Shown here: positions 7,473 through 15,666 of the stretch, piece after piece
Numbering within the stretch: the stretch's first letter is position 1
Layout: each line of letters starts with the position of its first letter
Virus record (IMG/VR): IMGVR_UViG_3300006217_000050
Source: a virus
Direction: 5' to 3' (one strand)
Length of the DNA: 58,653 nt
Position numbers and translations under genes: made by a program
The notes under the pieces: generated by a model
What the model was told of the DNA's origin: nothing
What the model saw: the letters and a program-made list of their open reading frames with translations, nothing else
The model's database searches: none

Positions 7473-8273
7473 ATGAATGATTTGACTGTAAAGACTGTGG
7501 ATTTATTTGGCGACAAGGTGGTTGCGGCGCAGGATAAGGACGGTGTTATCTGGGCCGGGGTCAAGTGGTTTTGCAATGGCCTCGGATTTTCGGATGGGCA
7601 GAGGCAAAGACAAACAACTAATATAGGAGAGGATATAGTATTAAGCAAAGGTGTTGCAAATTTGCACCTCCCTACAAGCGGCGGATATCAGGACGTTTTA
7701 TGCCTGAAACTAGATTTCCTTCCCCTATGGCTTGCGAAGATCTCAATCACGCCAAACATGAAAGAGAATAACCCGGAACTGGTGGACAAACTGGTAAAAT
7801 ATCAGTTGCAGGCGAAAGACATTCTGGCGGCAGCATTCATTCCGGCATTCAGGAAAAGGTCAGCCATAGAAGAGCTGCAGGAATTGCAAGGCAGGGCCAT
7901 CCTGGAGGTAAATGAGAAAGTTGACAGCGTAGAAAAGCGCGTAGACTACTTGGAGAATGATATTCCCCTTTATGGCTCAGAAGCCGACGAAATCAGCCGG
8001 AAAGTAAAGAAGAAGGGCGTGGAGATCCTGGGCGGCAGGGAAAGCGATGCCTATACTGATAGTAAACTGCGATCAGAAGTATATTCGGACATATACAACC
8101 AGATTAAGCGCGAGTTCGGCCTGTATGACAGCAACGGGAAATTTGTAACATACAAGGCCCTGAAGAGGCGATACATCAAAGAGGCCCATGTACTCATCGA
8201 AGCTTATACACCGCCGAAATATCTTGAAGAGAAAATAAAAAACTGCAATGCACAGCAACGGTTAATGGAATGA
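7473..8273 (+). CDS. Antirepressor-like protein: P22_AR_N-like N-domain plus ORF6C-like C-domain
   Basis: ATG 7473 (MNDLTVKTVDLFGDKVVAAQDKDGVIWAGVKWFCNGLG...LWLAKISIT). The C-terminus ...KNCNAQQRL parallels the C-terminus of the 14162 gene. Confidence 0.7.
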   Translation: MNDLTVKTVDLFGDKVVAAQDKDGVIWAGVKWFCNGLGFSDGQRQRQTTNIGEDIVLSKGVANLHLPTSGGYQDVLCLKLDFLPLWLAKISITPNMKENNPELVDKLVKYQLQAKDILAAAFIPAFRKRSAIEELQELQGRAILEVNEKVDSVEKRVDYLENDIPLYGSEADEISRKVKKKGVEILGGRESDAYTDSKLRSEVYSDIYNQIKREFGLYDSNGKFVTYKALKRRYIKEAHVLIEAYTPPKYLEEKIKNCNAQQRLME

Positions 8274-8274
8274 A

Positions 8275-8302
8275 AGTGGAAGAGAAAATCTTCCACTTTT
8301 TT
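8275..8302 (+). terminator. Rho-independent terminator
   Basis: AGTGGAAG-agaaaat-CTTCCACT followed by TTTTTT. Confidence 0.7.
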
Positions 8303-8340
8303 GGGTATATTTTCTTCAATATCTGATATATTGAAAATTA

Positions 8341-8370
8341 GGCAGAGAAGAAAAATCCCTCTGCCTTTTT
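8341..8370 (+). terminator. Second terminator-like hairpin
   Basis: GGCAGAG-N-CTCTGCC followed by TTTTT. Confidence 0.55.
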
Positions 8371-8438
8371 ATGTTCTTTTGTGTTATACTCTCCATACAG
8401 GCCCCGCCAGGCCGAGTATAGAGGAAATGAGAAAATAT

Positions 8439-9083
8439 ATGTCATTATGTATAACTTTTTACAATGAGCATGGAATAATTATGTCAGCAGACAATATGGT
8501 TTGCTCTACCATAGAAAAAGATAATTCTCCATATACCTATCAAGGTTCCAAAACAGAACAAAAACTTTTTCTTATTGAAGACAAATATGGAGTTTCATAC
8601 TCTGGAGCATCAAACATTTACGCTGCTTCTACTTCAGCCTTTTTGGAGGAATACATTACTTCACATCCTATCATTGAAGTCCCACCAAGTGAATGGCTTC
8701 TTGAATTGGCTCAAAAGTGCAATAATTTGCTTAATCCAAGCCAAAACATGGTTTTTATAATGGCCGGATACTATCATTCTGAAAAGTTTGTTGTGACTAC
8801 TAACACTAAAGAGCCAAAATTGAATTTCCAAACAAATAATAGCGGGTTGCTTTATTCAGGAGAAAGTGAATTTATATCACATTTAATCAACTCGGATATA
8901 ATTGCGTTTGAATATTCTAAATTTACCCTGCAAGACGGTGCTGACTTTTTGCGTTTTCTCAACAAAACAGTTTCAGGGTTAATGCACTATGGACAATATC
9001 TCCCAACTGTAAGTGATACCTGCGACCTTTTAGCCATACGTCCTAATGAGACTCGCTGGTTAGAACACTTGACGCTGCACTGA
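8439..9083 (+). CDS. HslV/proteasome-beta-like Ntn-hydrolase-fold protein (paralog 2, divergent)
   Basis: Starts MSLCITFYNEHGIIMSADNM (alternative ATG at 8427). Also KTEQKLFLIEDKYGVSYSGAS and LLYSGESEF, the same pattern as paralog 1. AT-rich. The ORF track extends it to 8301. Confidence 0.5.
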   Translation: MSLCITFYNEHGIIMSADNMVCSTIEKDNSPYTYQGSKTEQKLFLIEDKYGVSYSGASNIYAASTSAFLEEYITSHPIIEVPPSEWLLELAQKCNNLLNPSQNMVFIMAGYYHSEKFVVTTNTKEPKLNFQTNNSGLLYSGESEFISHLINSDIIAFEYSKFTLQDGADFLRFLNKTVSGLMHYGQYLPTVSDTCDLLAIRPNETRWLEHLTLH

Positions 9084-9240
9084 CCGCACAATCAATTCTT
9101 TTCCTAGTAACAGTCGTTACGGATGTTGAGTCTCTATTGGTCATGACTGTTATTAAGACATCTGGCGCTGAAACGGAAATTTCCTGCTCGTTTACGGTGA
9201 TTTCCGTTTTTCCGTTACTGATAATGATTTCTTTATCCAT
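9043..9240 (-). CDS. hypothetical small protein, convergent with and overlapping Ntn-like paralog 2
   Basis: 65-aa ORF downstream of P3. Overlaps the 3' end of 8439..9083 by 41 nt. Confidence 0.4.
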   Translation of the reverse strand: MDKEIIISNGKTEITVNEQEISVSAPDVLITVMTNRDSTSVTTVTRKRIDCAVSAASSVLTSESH

Positions 9241-9267
9241 CTATATCCCCTCCAATCATTTTCTTTA

Positions 9268-9301
9268 ATATTATCATATCTATATAAATATTTTGTGCCA
9301 T
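9268..9301 (-). promoter_or_regulatory. Promoter-like element P3 (ATGGCACAA-N19-TAATAT, variant)
   Basis: Minus strand, same 19-nt spacing, one substitution in the upstream box. Confidence 0.45.
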
Positions 9302-9349
9302 TTTAAACACTAAATTTCTACAACATATAAATTTCCCTGTCAATATATG

Positions 9350-9393
9350 AAATCACAGGCCGCCACTTGGTTGGTAGTGACGGCCTGTGATTT
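9350..9393 (-). terminator. 18-bp stem hairpin right after the Rha-like gene
   Basis: aaatcacaggccgccact pairs with agtgacggcctgtgattt. Only a short T-run follows. Confidence 0.45.
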
Positions 9394-9923
9394 CAAAAAT
9401 CGGCTATAGACATTTGCTGATATGCCGGAACCTTTGCGAAATTATCAATCAACTTGATTCCATATTGCTCGCAGATTAACTGTGCGTTCCGTACAATATC
9501 ATATGGCGTGGAATCGTTCTTCCTCATCAGCGGAGAAACGGCATTGATTATCTGTGCTACCCTGTCTGGCCGCTCTGTCAGAGGAGTCTGCTTCAACTGG
9601 TTCTCCATTTCATGAAAGCGCTTTACATACCGGGCAGTGAACAGCACTCCCTTTTCACCAGTGAATTTGTTTGCCAGGAAGTCGCAGCCAAGCCTAGTCA
9701 CTTCATAACACTTATTTTCCTTCCCGCTTGCGTCCCGATACGTTGACAGGATAAAGAAATCACTCACCACTATTTCGTTGTCAGTAAGCACCTCGATATA
9801 TCCCTTGATATGCTTGCCATCCTTTTCCTGGCCTTCCAGTTTCCGAAGGACTTTCCAGTGTTCTGTCTCCATCATCTCCGCGATTTCCAGTGTTGTGATT
9901 GTTGCATTCCTTAAATCATCCAT
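9393..9923 (-). CDS. Rha-family phage regulatory protein (antirepressor-like)
   Basis: ATG 9923 (MDDLRNATITTLEIAEMMETEHWKVLRKLE...). The C-terminal tail ...EQYGIKLIDNFAKVPAYQQMSIADF is shared with the 12513 and 27518 genes. Confidence 0.65.
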   Translation of the reverse strand: MDDLRNATITTLEIAEMMETEHWKVLRKLEGQEKDGKHIKGYIEVLTDNEIVVSDFFILSTYRDASGKENKCYEVTRLGCDFLANKFTGEKGVLFTARYVKRFHEMENQLKQTPLTERPDRVAQIINAVSPLMRKNDSTPYDIVRNAQLICEQYGIKLIDNFAKVPAYQQMSIADF

Positions 9924-10037
9924 AGATTTACCATCCCTCTCTTTAATGACCGTCCTTTTTTCCAAATAGGCAAGGAAACAGCCGGACGGTAACAGAACTG
10001 CTTTTCAAGTGCGCTCCCCTATCCTTGCCTTGAAAAT

Positions 10038-10071
10038 ATCGTATCATGAATTCAAATTAATTTTGTACCAT
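10038..10071 (-). promoter_or_regulatory. Promoter-like element P4 (ATGGTACAA-N19-TACGAT, with TG at the extended -10 position)
   Basis: Minus strand, upstream of the Rha-like gene. Confidence 0.55.
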
Positions 10072-10247
10072 TTTAAATGTCGAATTTCCACAGCACCTCG
10101 CATAGTTCAAATAACATATAACCCCTGTGGTAAAATTATCCTTATGTTGTTCTTCCATTTTTTGACAAAATGTGATATGATGAGTTTTGTCGTGTAGGTT
10201 CAAGTTTCAGGAACTATAGTTTTATCCGTAGGAGGAGGAAAAGGGAA

Positions 10248-10898
10248 ATGAAAAAGAAGCTATTAACAATGTTGTTGTTGTCTGTATTGGCTGTTAGTGC
10301 TGTGGCGTGCGGCGATAAAGATCCGAGTGAAAGCATTAATTCAGAGTCATCAGAAGAAGAAAATAGCACACAGCCAAAAAGCGAAGAATCCGAAAGCAGC
10401 CGTGAAGAGGAAACTCAAAGTGATGTTCCGGAGGAATCAGACCAGATGCAAGAATCGAATAATACTCATACTGTTGACGGAATCACTATTTCAACTGGTA
10501 CTTTTTCGGTTGAGCCATATGAGGATAACCAGGGAGAGTACACAAAACGAATTGTTATGGAGTTTACGATTAAAAATGAATCTGATTCTGCTTTTGGCTA
10601 TGTAACTACATGGGAGGGCCGGTTAAGCGATGGATACAAGCTTAAAACGTGGGCAGATTTGATGAGTATGGATTTGAACCAGGTTGCATCAGGCAGTGAA
10701 AAGACTGATAAGGCATATTTTCTGCTTGATGATAGCATAGACCCTGATGAAATAACTGTATCTTATAACTTTATGGATTATGGCGAAGAATACTGGGAAG
10801 ATTTTGGAAAAATTGTGACTGGAGAAATGGGCGAGGATGAGTATATGAGCAAGTACGGAGACTATGAGGTTCTGGAATTTAACGTAGTAAAAGAGTAA
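10248..10898 (+). CDS. Lipoprotein (possible superinfection-exclusion / surface protein)
   Basis: Signal peptide with lipobox LAVSAVAC-G, then a Ser/Glu-rich linker and a beta-rich domain. Confidence 0.7.
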   Translation: MKKKLLTMLLLSVLAVSAVACGDKDPSESINSESSEEENSTQPKSEESESSREEETQSDVPEESDQMQESNNTHTVDGITISTGTFSVEPYEDNQGEYTKRIVMEFTIKNESDSAFGYVTTWEGRLSDGYKLKTWADLMSMDLNQVASGSEKTDKAYFLLDDSIDPDEITVSYNFMDYGEEYWEDFGKIVTGEMGEDEYMSKYGDYEVLEFNVVKE

Positions 10899-10961
10899 TC
10901 AAGTTGAAAGGGCGGCGGAGCAATCTGCCGCTATTCTGCTATATGATAGAAAGGAATCTGC

Positions 10962-12083
10962 ATGGCCTTAATACAAAAAATTATTGAAAGATTAAAATTA
11001 GAAAGCTCTGCCAACAGCTTTGTTCCAGACGGTCAAACAATATATTTCATAAACGGGAAAATGTATAAAGTTTATCCTACTGATCAGGAAAGTTGGTATG
11101 ATGCAAGATATTTGGTATCTGACAATAGAAAATATGATTTGGAAAATATTGAACATATTAGAATGATACCAATACCTGCCTTTAAACGGTTAGAAAATGA
11201 CCAATACGGTGTAACAGGAGCACTAGATTATGTATTGCGAATGAAAGCAGGGGCATTTTTTACCAGAAAAGAAAAAGAGCTGTGTTCTGCTTGCTTATGG
11301 AAGGCAACTGAAATGATGTTCGCCAATCCTCTTTGTTCATGGAGTAAAAAAGATTATATCAGACTTATACAATGGCATCAAAAACTTGACATGATGGATG
11401 AGGCTGACCGTGCGAAAAGGTATTTAGAAAGCAAAGGAATGATTTTTACAGAGTATGAATTGCAGACTAAAAAATCTGAACCTAAAAAACAATCTAAGCC
11501 ATCACAAAGGAAAAAGAGCGCACCCAAAGAAAAAATAGACTGGAGAGAAAAAGAACTTATTACAGTGCAAAACACAGCTACCGAAGATATGCGGTTGTTA
11601 CAGATGCCATTTGTATGCAATACTGAAGTAAAAAAGTATGTACATGAGGGAAATCACCCATTTGCATATATGGAAATACTGGGGGAAAATATCAATATTG
11701 TTAAAGCCGAAATCAAAAAAATGAATGCCATCATAAAAGAAGGCATAAGAAATTATCCGGGCATTCCGCAAAATTTGAGTATTCCGGCAGGCTCCCTAGT
11801 CTTTCAATCTCCTAATGAAGGATACGGATATACCCGAATAATGTGTACTCCTAAAACTTATGAGGGAAACAAGTCAAAACATCCATATACTTTATATTTC
11901 TGCACAGACCTTTCTAAGAGAGGAAATACAACACATGGAGAATTGACTTACGGACAGGACGGAAAAGTCCAGAAAGCAAAGGTTGTTTTTTGGAGGAATA
12001 ATAATCAGTTTGTCTTAAATTTCAAGATGGTAGACGGAAAGTTGACGTTTACGGATATGGGGCAGAACAGACCGACATGGTAA
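10962..12083 (+). CDS. hypothetical two-domain protein with a Lys-rich linker
   Basis: 373 aa. Linker KKSEPKKQSKPSQRKKSAPKEK. No domain recognised. AT-rich. Confidence 0.6.
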   Translation: MALIQKIIERLKLESSANSFVPDGQTIYFINGKMYKVYPTDQESWYDARYLVSDNRKYDLENIEHIRMIPIPAFKRLENDQYGVTGALDYVLRMKAGAFFTRKEKELCSACLWKATEMMFANPLCSWSKKDYIRLIQWHQKLDMMDEADRAKRYLESKGMIFTEYELQTKKSEPKKQSKPSQRKKSAPKEKIDWREKELITVQNTATEDMRLLQMPFVCNTEVKKYVHEGNHPFAYMEILGENINIVKAEIKKMNAIIKEGIRNYPGIPQNLSIPAGSLVFQSPNEGYGYTRIMCTPKTYEGNKSKHPYTLYFCTDLSKRGNTTHGELTYGQDGKVQKAKVVFWRNNNQFVLNFKMVDGKLTFTDMGQNRPTW

Positions 12084-12094
12084 ATAGCGGAAAG

Positions 12095-12124
12095 GGCAGG
12101 GAATGAAATTTTTCTGCCTTTTTT
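12095..12124 (+). terminator. Terminator-like hairpin
   Basis: GGCAG-N14-CTGCC followed by TTTTTT. Confidence 0.5.
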
Positions 12125-12135
12125 AATTTTAAGGC

Positions 12136-12164
12136 TTGACTTTGTACGGACGTTCTGATATATT
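12136..12164 (+). promoter_or_regulatory. Sigma-A-type promoter (TTGACT-17-TATATT)
   Basis: TTGACT 12136..12141, 17-nt spacer, TATATT 12159..12164. Confidence 0.6.
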
Positions 12165-12197
12165 GAATGTACGGACAAACTGAAAGGAGATGATAAG

Positions 12198-12377
12198 GTG
12201 TCACCCAAAATGGGGCAAAGGCTGACAGACAATCCAAAAGACAAACGAATTGAAATCCGAATGGATAAGGAAACGCTTAGAAAAATGGATTGTTTGGTAT
12301 CTGAACAAAATTCCGACAGGTCAAAAATAATTAGACAAGGGATTGAACTTCAGTATGAGCAAAGGAATAAAAAATAA
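12198..12377 (+). CDS. Ribbon-helix-helix (CopG-like) small protein (59 codons, below the ORF-track cutoff)
   Basis: GTG 12198 preceded by AAAGGAGA. ...KRIEIRMDKETLRKMDCLVSEQNSDRSKIIRQGIELQ fits a beta-alpha-alpha RHH pattern. Confidence 0.55.
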   Translation: MSPKMGQRLTDNPKDKRIEIRMDKETLRKMDCLVSEQNSDRSKIIRQGIELQYEQRNKK

Positions 12378-12512
12378 AAGCAGTCGGTCACTTTGGCGAG
12401 AGACGACTACTTTTATCGCAACCAAATTGACAACAGTCAACTTAGGTACGCAAATATTATACACTGTGTACCTCTGTTTGGCAACCTGAAATTGTTGAAT
12501 GGAGGATTTTTA

Positions 12513-13118
12513 ATGGATGGATTAATTGTAAAGAACGTAGATATGTTTGGCGACAGCGTTATGGCGGCACAGGATAAGGACGGTGTTATCTGGGCAGGAA
12601 TTAATTTCTTTTGTCGTGGACTTGGAATGAGTAAGCGACAGAGGGACTTTCAGGTAGAGAAGGTTAAGACAGATAGGGCGCTTTCCAGGGGGTGCACGTT
12701 ATTACGGGCAGGGGTACTTGACCCGGCAAATGAAGTATACGCATTAAAACTTGATTTTGTTCCGATATGGCTGTCCAAGATTACGATTACCAAGAAAATG
12801 GAAGCAGAGACTCCGGAGCTTGCGGACAAGCTCCTACAGTACCAACTCAAGGCCAAGGACATCCTTGCGGCGGCGTTCCTGCCCAGTGCCCTTCCCCAGT
12901 CCGGGAGCACACAGCACATCACCCAGGACATCCCCGTGGGGGAGGTAGCCCGGCTCTCTACGGTCATGGACAGGATCATGGTACGGCAGAACTCCAAGCC
13001 CCACGACATTGCCAGGGCGTTTGAGATGCTGTGCAGGCAGTTTGGGATTGCGCTCCCGGAGAATTTTGTGAATGTGCCGGAGTGGGAGCAGTTGACGATT
13101 GAGAGCATGGGGAAGTAG
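12513..13118 (+). CDS. Antirepressor-like protein: P22_AR_N-like N-domain plus shared C-terminal tail
   Basis: ATG 12513 preceded by GGAGGA. MDGLIVKNVDMFGDSVMAAQDKDGVIWAGINFFCRGLG...IWLSKITIT. C-terminus ...RQFGIALPENFVNVPEWEQLTIESM. Confidence 0.7.
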   Translation: MDGLIVKNVDMFGDSVMAAQDKDGVIWAGINFFCRGLGMSKRQRDFQVEKVKTDRALSRGCTLLRAGVLDPANEVYALKLDFVPIWLSKITITKKMEAETPELADKLLQYQLKAKDILAAAFLPSALPQSGSTQHITQDIPVGEVARLSTVMDRIMVRQNSKPHDIARAFEMLCRQFGIALPENFVNVPEWEQLTIESMGK

Positions 13119-13138
13119 AAAGAAGGGGAAGGTTATTT

Positions 13139-13360
13139 ATGGAGAAGATCAAAAGGTATGTTGAGCGATTTCTGAGTAATACAACGCAGAATATCAGATA
13201 CTCGGTAACACTTGAGGAATGCAGAGACGTTGTGAATGCTATCCGGAATATGGATGAATTCGACGGAATTTTTGCACTGGGAGAGTTCTTCAGTTTCGGC
13301 TATGCCAAGGGCTACCGGGCCGCAATGGCTGAGATGAAGAAGAAAGGCGGTGCGGCATGA
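13139..13360 (+). CDS. hypothetical small protein
   Basis: 73-aa ORF. Confidence 0.5.
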   Translation: MEKIKRYVERFLSNTTQNIRYSVTLEECRDVVNAIRNMDEFDGIFALGEFFSFGYAKGYRAAMAEMKKKGGAA

Positions 13361-13470
13361 ACAAGGAGCAGCTGCAGATGGTTTTTACATTCGTATATAC
13401 CCTGGTAGCCGAAATTTGTGGCTTTATCCTGGCACTGGTGATTGTTTTGTGCATGGCCGGGGTTCTGTAG
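13357..13470 (+). CDS. small hydrophobic (single-TM) peptide, 37 aa
   Basis: ATGA overlap with the upstream stop. MNKEQLQMVFTFVYTLVAEICGFILALVIVLCMAGVL. Confidence 0.4.
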   Translation: MNKEQLQMVFTFVYTLVAEICGFILALVIVLCMAGVL

Positions 13471-13520
13471 GCAATCCCTTATCCCACCCGGCGGGGTTGC
13501 GCCGGGAGAAAGAAGGGAAG

Positions 13521-13778
13521 ATGAAAAAATATACAGTTTATTACGCAAGCGCTCCGACTGGTTATGGATGGACACGGGAATTTGATAGGATTGACGAATT
13601 TGAAGATATCGTTGATGATGCCCGGAGAGATTGTACACAATCTGTTTCTGTACGGGACAATGAACTTGGAAAAGAAATCTTTTTCAAGCGTGCCATGACA
13701 TACAAAATCGAAATAGATATGCTTTCCGGAATTGAAAGGGATTTAAGAACTACTACAAGAAAAAGAAAGTACGCATGA
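13521..13778 (+). CDS. hypothetical small protein
   Basis: ATG 13521 preceded by GAAGGGAAG. The ORF track extends it to 13350. Confidence 0.5.
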   Translation: MKKYTVYYASAPTGYGWTREFDRIDEFEDIVDDARRDCTQSVSVRDNELGKEIFFKRAMTYKIEIDMLSGIERDLRTTTRKRKYA

Positions 13779-13802
13779 TTTTATCCCGCCCCCTGCCGGG
13801 TA

Positions 13803-14006
13803 ATGCAGGGAGAAAGCAGGAGCATGGGAACAGAACAAATCCTGAGATATCTTTACTTGGTAGACCGTCGGCTCACTCTCCTGACTTCCGGGATAAACTG
13901 GAAACCGGAGTATGAGGCGGAACTTGAGGCAATAGATCGGGAGCTGAAGCAGCTGAGGGAGGTTGTGGAAGCAGAGCATAAGAAAAAGCGCCATGCGGCA
14001 GGATGA
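13803..14006 (+). CDS. hypothetical small protein (start uncertain, alternative ATG 13824)
   Basis: 67-aa ORF with a coiled-coil C-terminus. Confidence 0.4.
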   Translation: MQGESRSMGTEQILRYLYLVDRRLTLLTSGINWKPEYEAELEAIDRELKQLREVVEAEHKKKRHAAG

Positions 14007-14024
14007 TCTGCATTTTTACGGATA

Positions 14025-14058
14025 AATGGTACAAATTATCTTCGGTTCTATGATACGA
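14025..14058 (+). promoter_or_regulatory. Promoter-like element P5 (ATGGTACAA-N19-TACGAT)
   Basis: Plus strand, about 100 nt upstream of the ORF6N-type gene. Confidence 0.55.
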
Positions 14059-14161
14059 TTATTTCAGCGGAGATAGTGATTGCAACACGACAAGCGGTAA
14101 GCCTTAACCGTTTCTCCGCTATTCTGATATAGGCGATTTTACAGAAAGGCAGGTAAAGCGT

Positions 14162-14860
14162 ATGGAAGAATTACAGATTGTGGAATACAATAATATTCGC
14201 GTATTAACCACACAGCAGGTAGCAGAAGCGTATCAGACAAGCACCGATACGGTTAAAAAGAATTTTAGCAGAAACAAAGACAGATACACAGAGGGAAAAC
14301 ATTATATCTGCTTGAATGGCGAGGAATTAAAGGATTTTAAAGCAAAGGGACAAATTGTCACCTCGCCAAATGTGAACACTCTGTACCTCTGGACACAGAA
14401 AGGTTGTCTGCTCCATGCGAAATCCCTTAACACAGATATTGCATGGGAAGTGTATGATAGGCTGGTTGACAATTACTTTGCACCTGTAAAGCAACTTTCG
14501 CAAGTGGATATGATGCGGATTCAGCTTGGCATGATTGACAACCATGAGGACAGAATAACCAATCTCGAAAACAACATGACGATTGATTACGGACAGCAAC
14601 GTGTACTGGAAGATACGGTCAATAAAACCGTTACTGACGTTCTCGGCGGCAAAGGCTCATGTGCTTATGAGGAAATCGGCAGAAAGATATTTGCAGAGTG
14701 CAACAGAGATTTGAAGCATTACTTCAATGTGAACGCAAGGAACAACGTCCCCAAAAAGCGATTTGATGAAGCTGTGGAATATGCAAAGAATTGGAAACCC
14801 TGCACCAATACGGTGATGCGGATTCAATATTGCAATGCACAGCAGACACTGGATGTATAG
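14162..14860 (+). CDS. Antirepressor-like protein: ORF6N (KilA-N-like) N-domain plus ORF6C-like C-domain
   Basis: IVEYNNIRVLTTQQVAEAYQTSTDTVKKNFSRNKDRYTEGKHY. The C-terminus ...YCNAQQTL parallels the 7473 gene. Confidence 0.65.
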   Translation: MEELQIVEYNNIRVLTTQQVAEAYQTSTDTVKKNFSRNKDRYTEGKHYICLNGEELKDFKAKGQIVTSPNVNTLYLWTQKGCLLHAKSLNTDIAWEVYDRLVDNYFAPVKQLSQVDMMRIQLGMIDNHEDRITNLENNMTIDYGQQRVLEDTVNKTVTDVLGGKGSCAYEEIGRKIFAECNRDLKHYFNVNARNNVPKKRFDEAVEYAKNWKPCTNTVMRIQYCNAQQTLDV

Positions 14861-14938
14861 AAGAAAAAGTTCTTAGCCATTCCATTCTCCCGTTCTGTTG
14901 ACTTACTCGTCTGTATTTGCTATACTGTTTTTAAAGTT

Positions 14939-14968
14939 GGGGCGGCGGCAAGCCCGCCCCTTCTTTAC
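14939..14968. terminator. GC-rich hairpin terminator between convergent genes
   Basis: GGGGCGG-cggcaag-CCCGCCCC followed by TTCTTT. Confidence 0.6.
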
Positions 14969-14979
14969 CCCTTAAAGAT

Positions 14980-15192
14980 TTACTCTGTTTCCTTCGCCCT
15001 TGCGATTGTGTCCAGGAGCTTCAAGATTTCATCCTTTGTGTAAGTTTCCTTCTCGTCCGTATCCAACATCAGCCGGATTTCATAGATTGTGGAATTTTTT
15101 ACAATTCTGATTTCATCTCTGTTCATCTCTTCTGTCATTCTTTCTCCTTTCCCCTCAGGTTTTGCTTGCCCTCCACCTTTAGTTATTGCCAT
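14980..15192 (-). CDS. hypothetical small protein
   Basis: ATG 15192 preceded by AGGAGGG. The ORF track extends it to 15225. Confidence 0.45.
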   Translation of the reverse strand: MAITKGGGQAKPEGKGERMTEEMNRDEIRIVKNSTIYEIRLMLDTDEKETYTKDEILKLLDTIARAKETE

Positions 15193-15253
15193 TCGGTTTC
15201 CCTCCTGACAATTATATCTTATCACATTTTTTTGTGATTGTCAATGATTTTTC

Positions 15254-15493
15254 TCATATTTTTGAGATTATTTTCTCTCTGTCCTCATCAGTTTCAACAA
15301 ATTTTATGATATCTCTGGGCTGCATTTCCAACGCACAACATAGCCGATTTAGGACTTCTAAAGTAATATTTGTATCTCCATTCCTAAATTTTCTCATTGT
15401 ATCCTGACCAAAAATGCCATTTTTCTTTGCCGTAGTTGTGTTTATGCCTACCTTAGCCAACTCAGCAATTATATCTATTTTATACTTAATCAT
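15254..15493 (-). CDS. XRE-family HTH protein
   Basis: 79 aa. The N-terminal segment IIAELAKVGINTTTAKKNGIFGQDTMRKFRNG followed by ITLEVLNRLCCAL fits an XRE-type HTH. A TTGACA-containing promoter-like sequence lies upstream. Confidence 0.6.
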   Translation of the reverse strand: MIKYKIDIIAELAKVGINTTTAKKNGIFGQDTMRKFRNGDTNITLEVLNRLCCALEMQPRDIIKFVETDEDREKIISKI

Positions 15494-15601
15494 AGTATCT
15501 CCTCCTCTTTTTAGAGTACACTACAACTTAAATTTTGTCAATAAAATTCTCCGATTCTTGTGACATTTTTCTTTTTGGGACTCCATAGTTGTGGGGATAA
15601 T

Positions 15602-15638
15602 CAAAAAGCCCCTCTACAGCACACCATGCGCTGCAGAG
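15602..15638 (-). terminator. Terminator after the lysis cassette
   Basis: Minus strand reads CTCTGCAGC-N9-GCTGTAGAG followed by GGGCTTTTTG. Confidence 0.55.
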
Positions 15639-15666
15639 AAGCTTTTCAAAAGATATGTGAATGATT

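Noticed and set aside
12393-12512. Upstream extension of the antirepressor-like ORF (track start 12393), and similarly 7377, 8301, 13350, 5982
   Set aside because: The extensions lack RBSs and cross terminators or promoters. The internal ATGs have good Shine-Dalgarno sequences, and the paralog alignments begin there.
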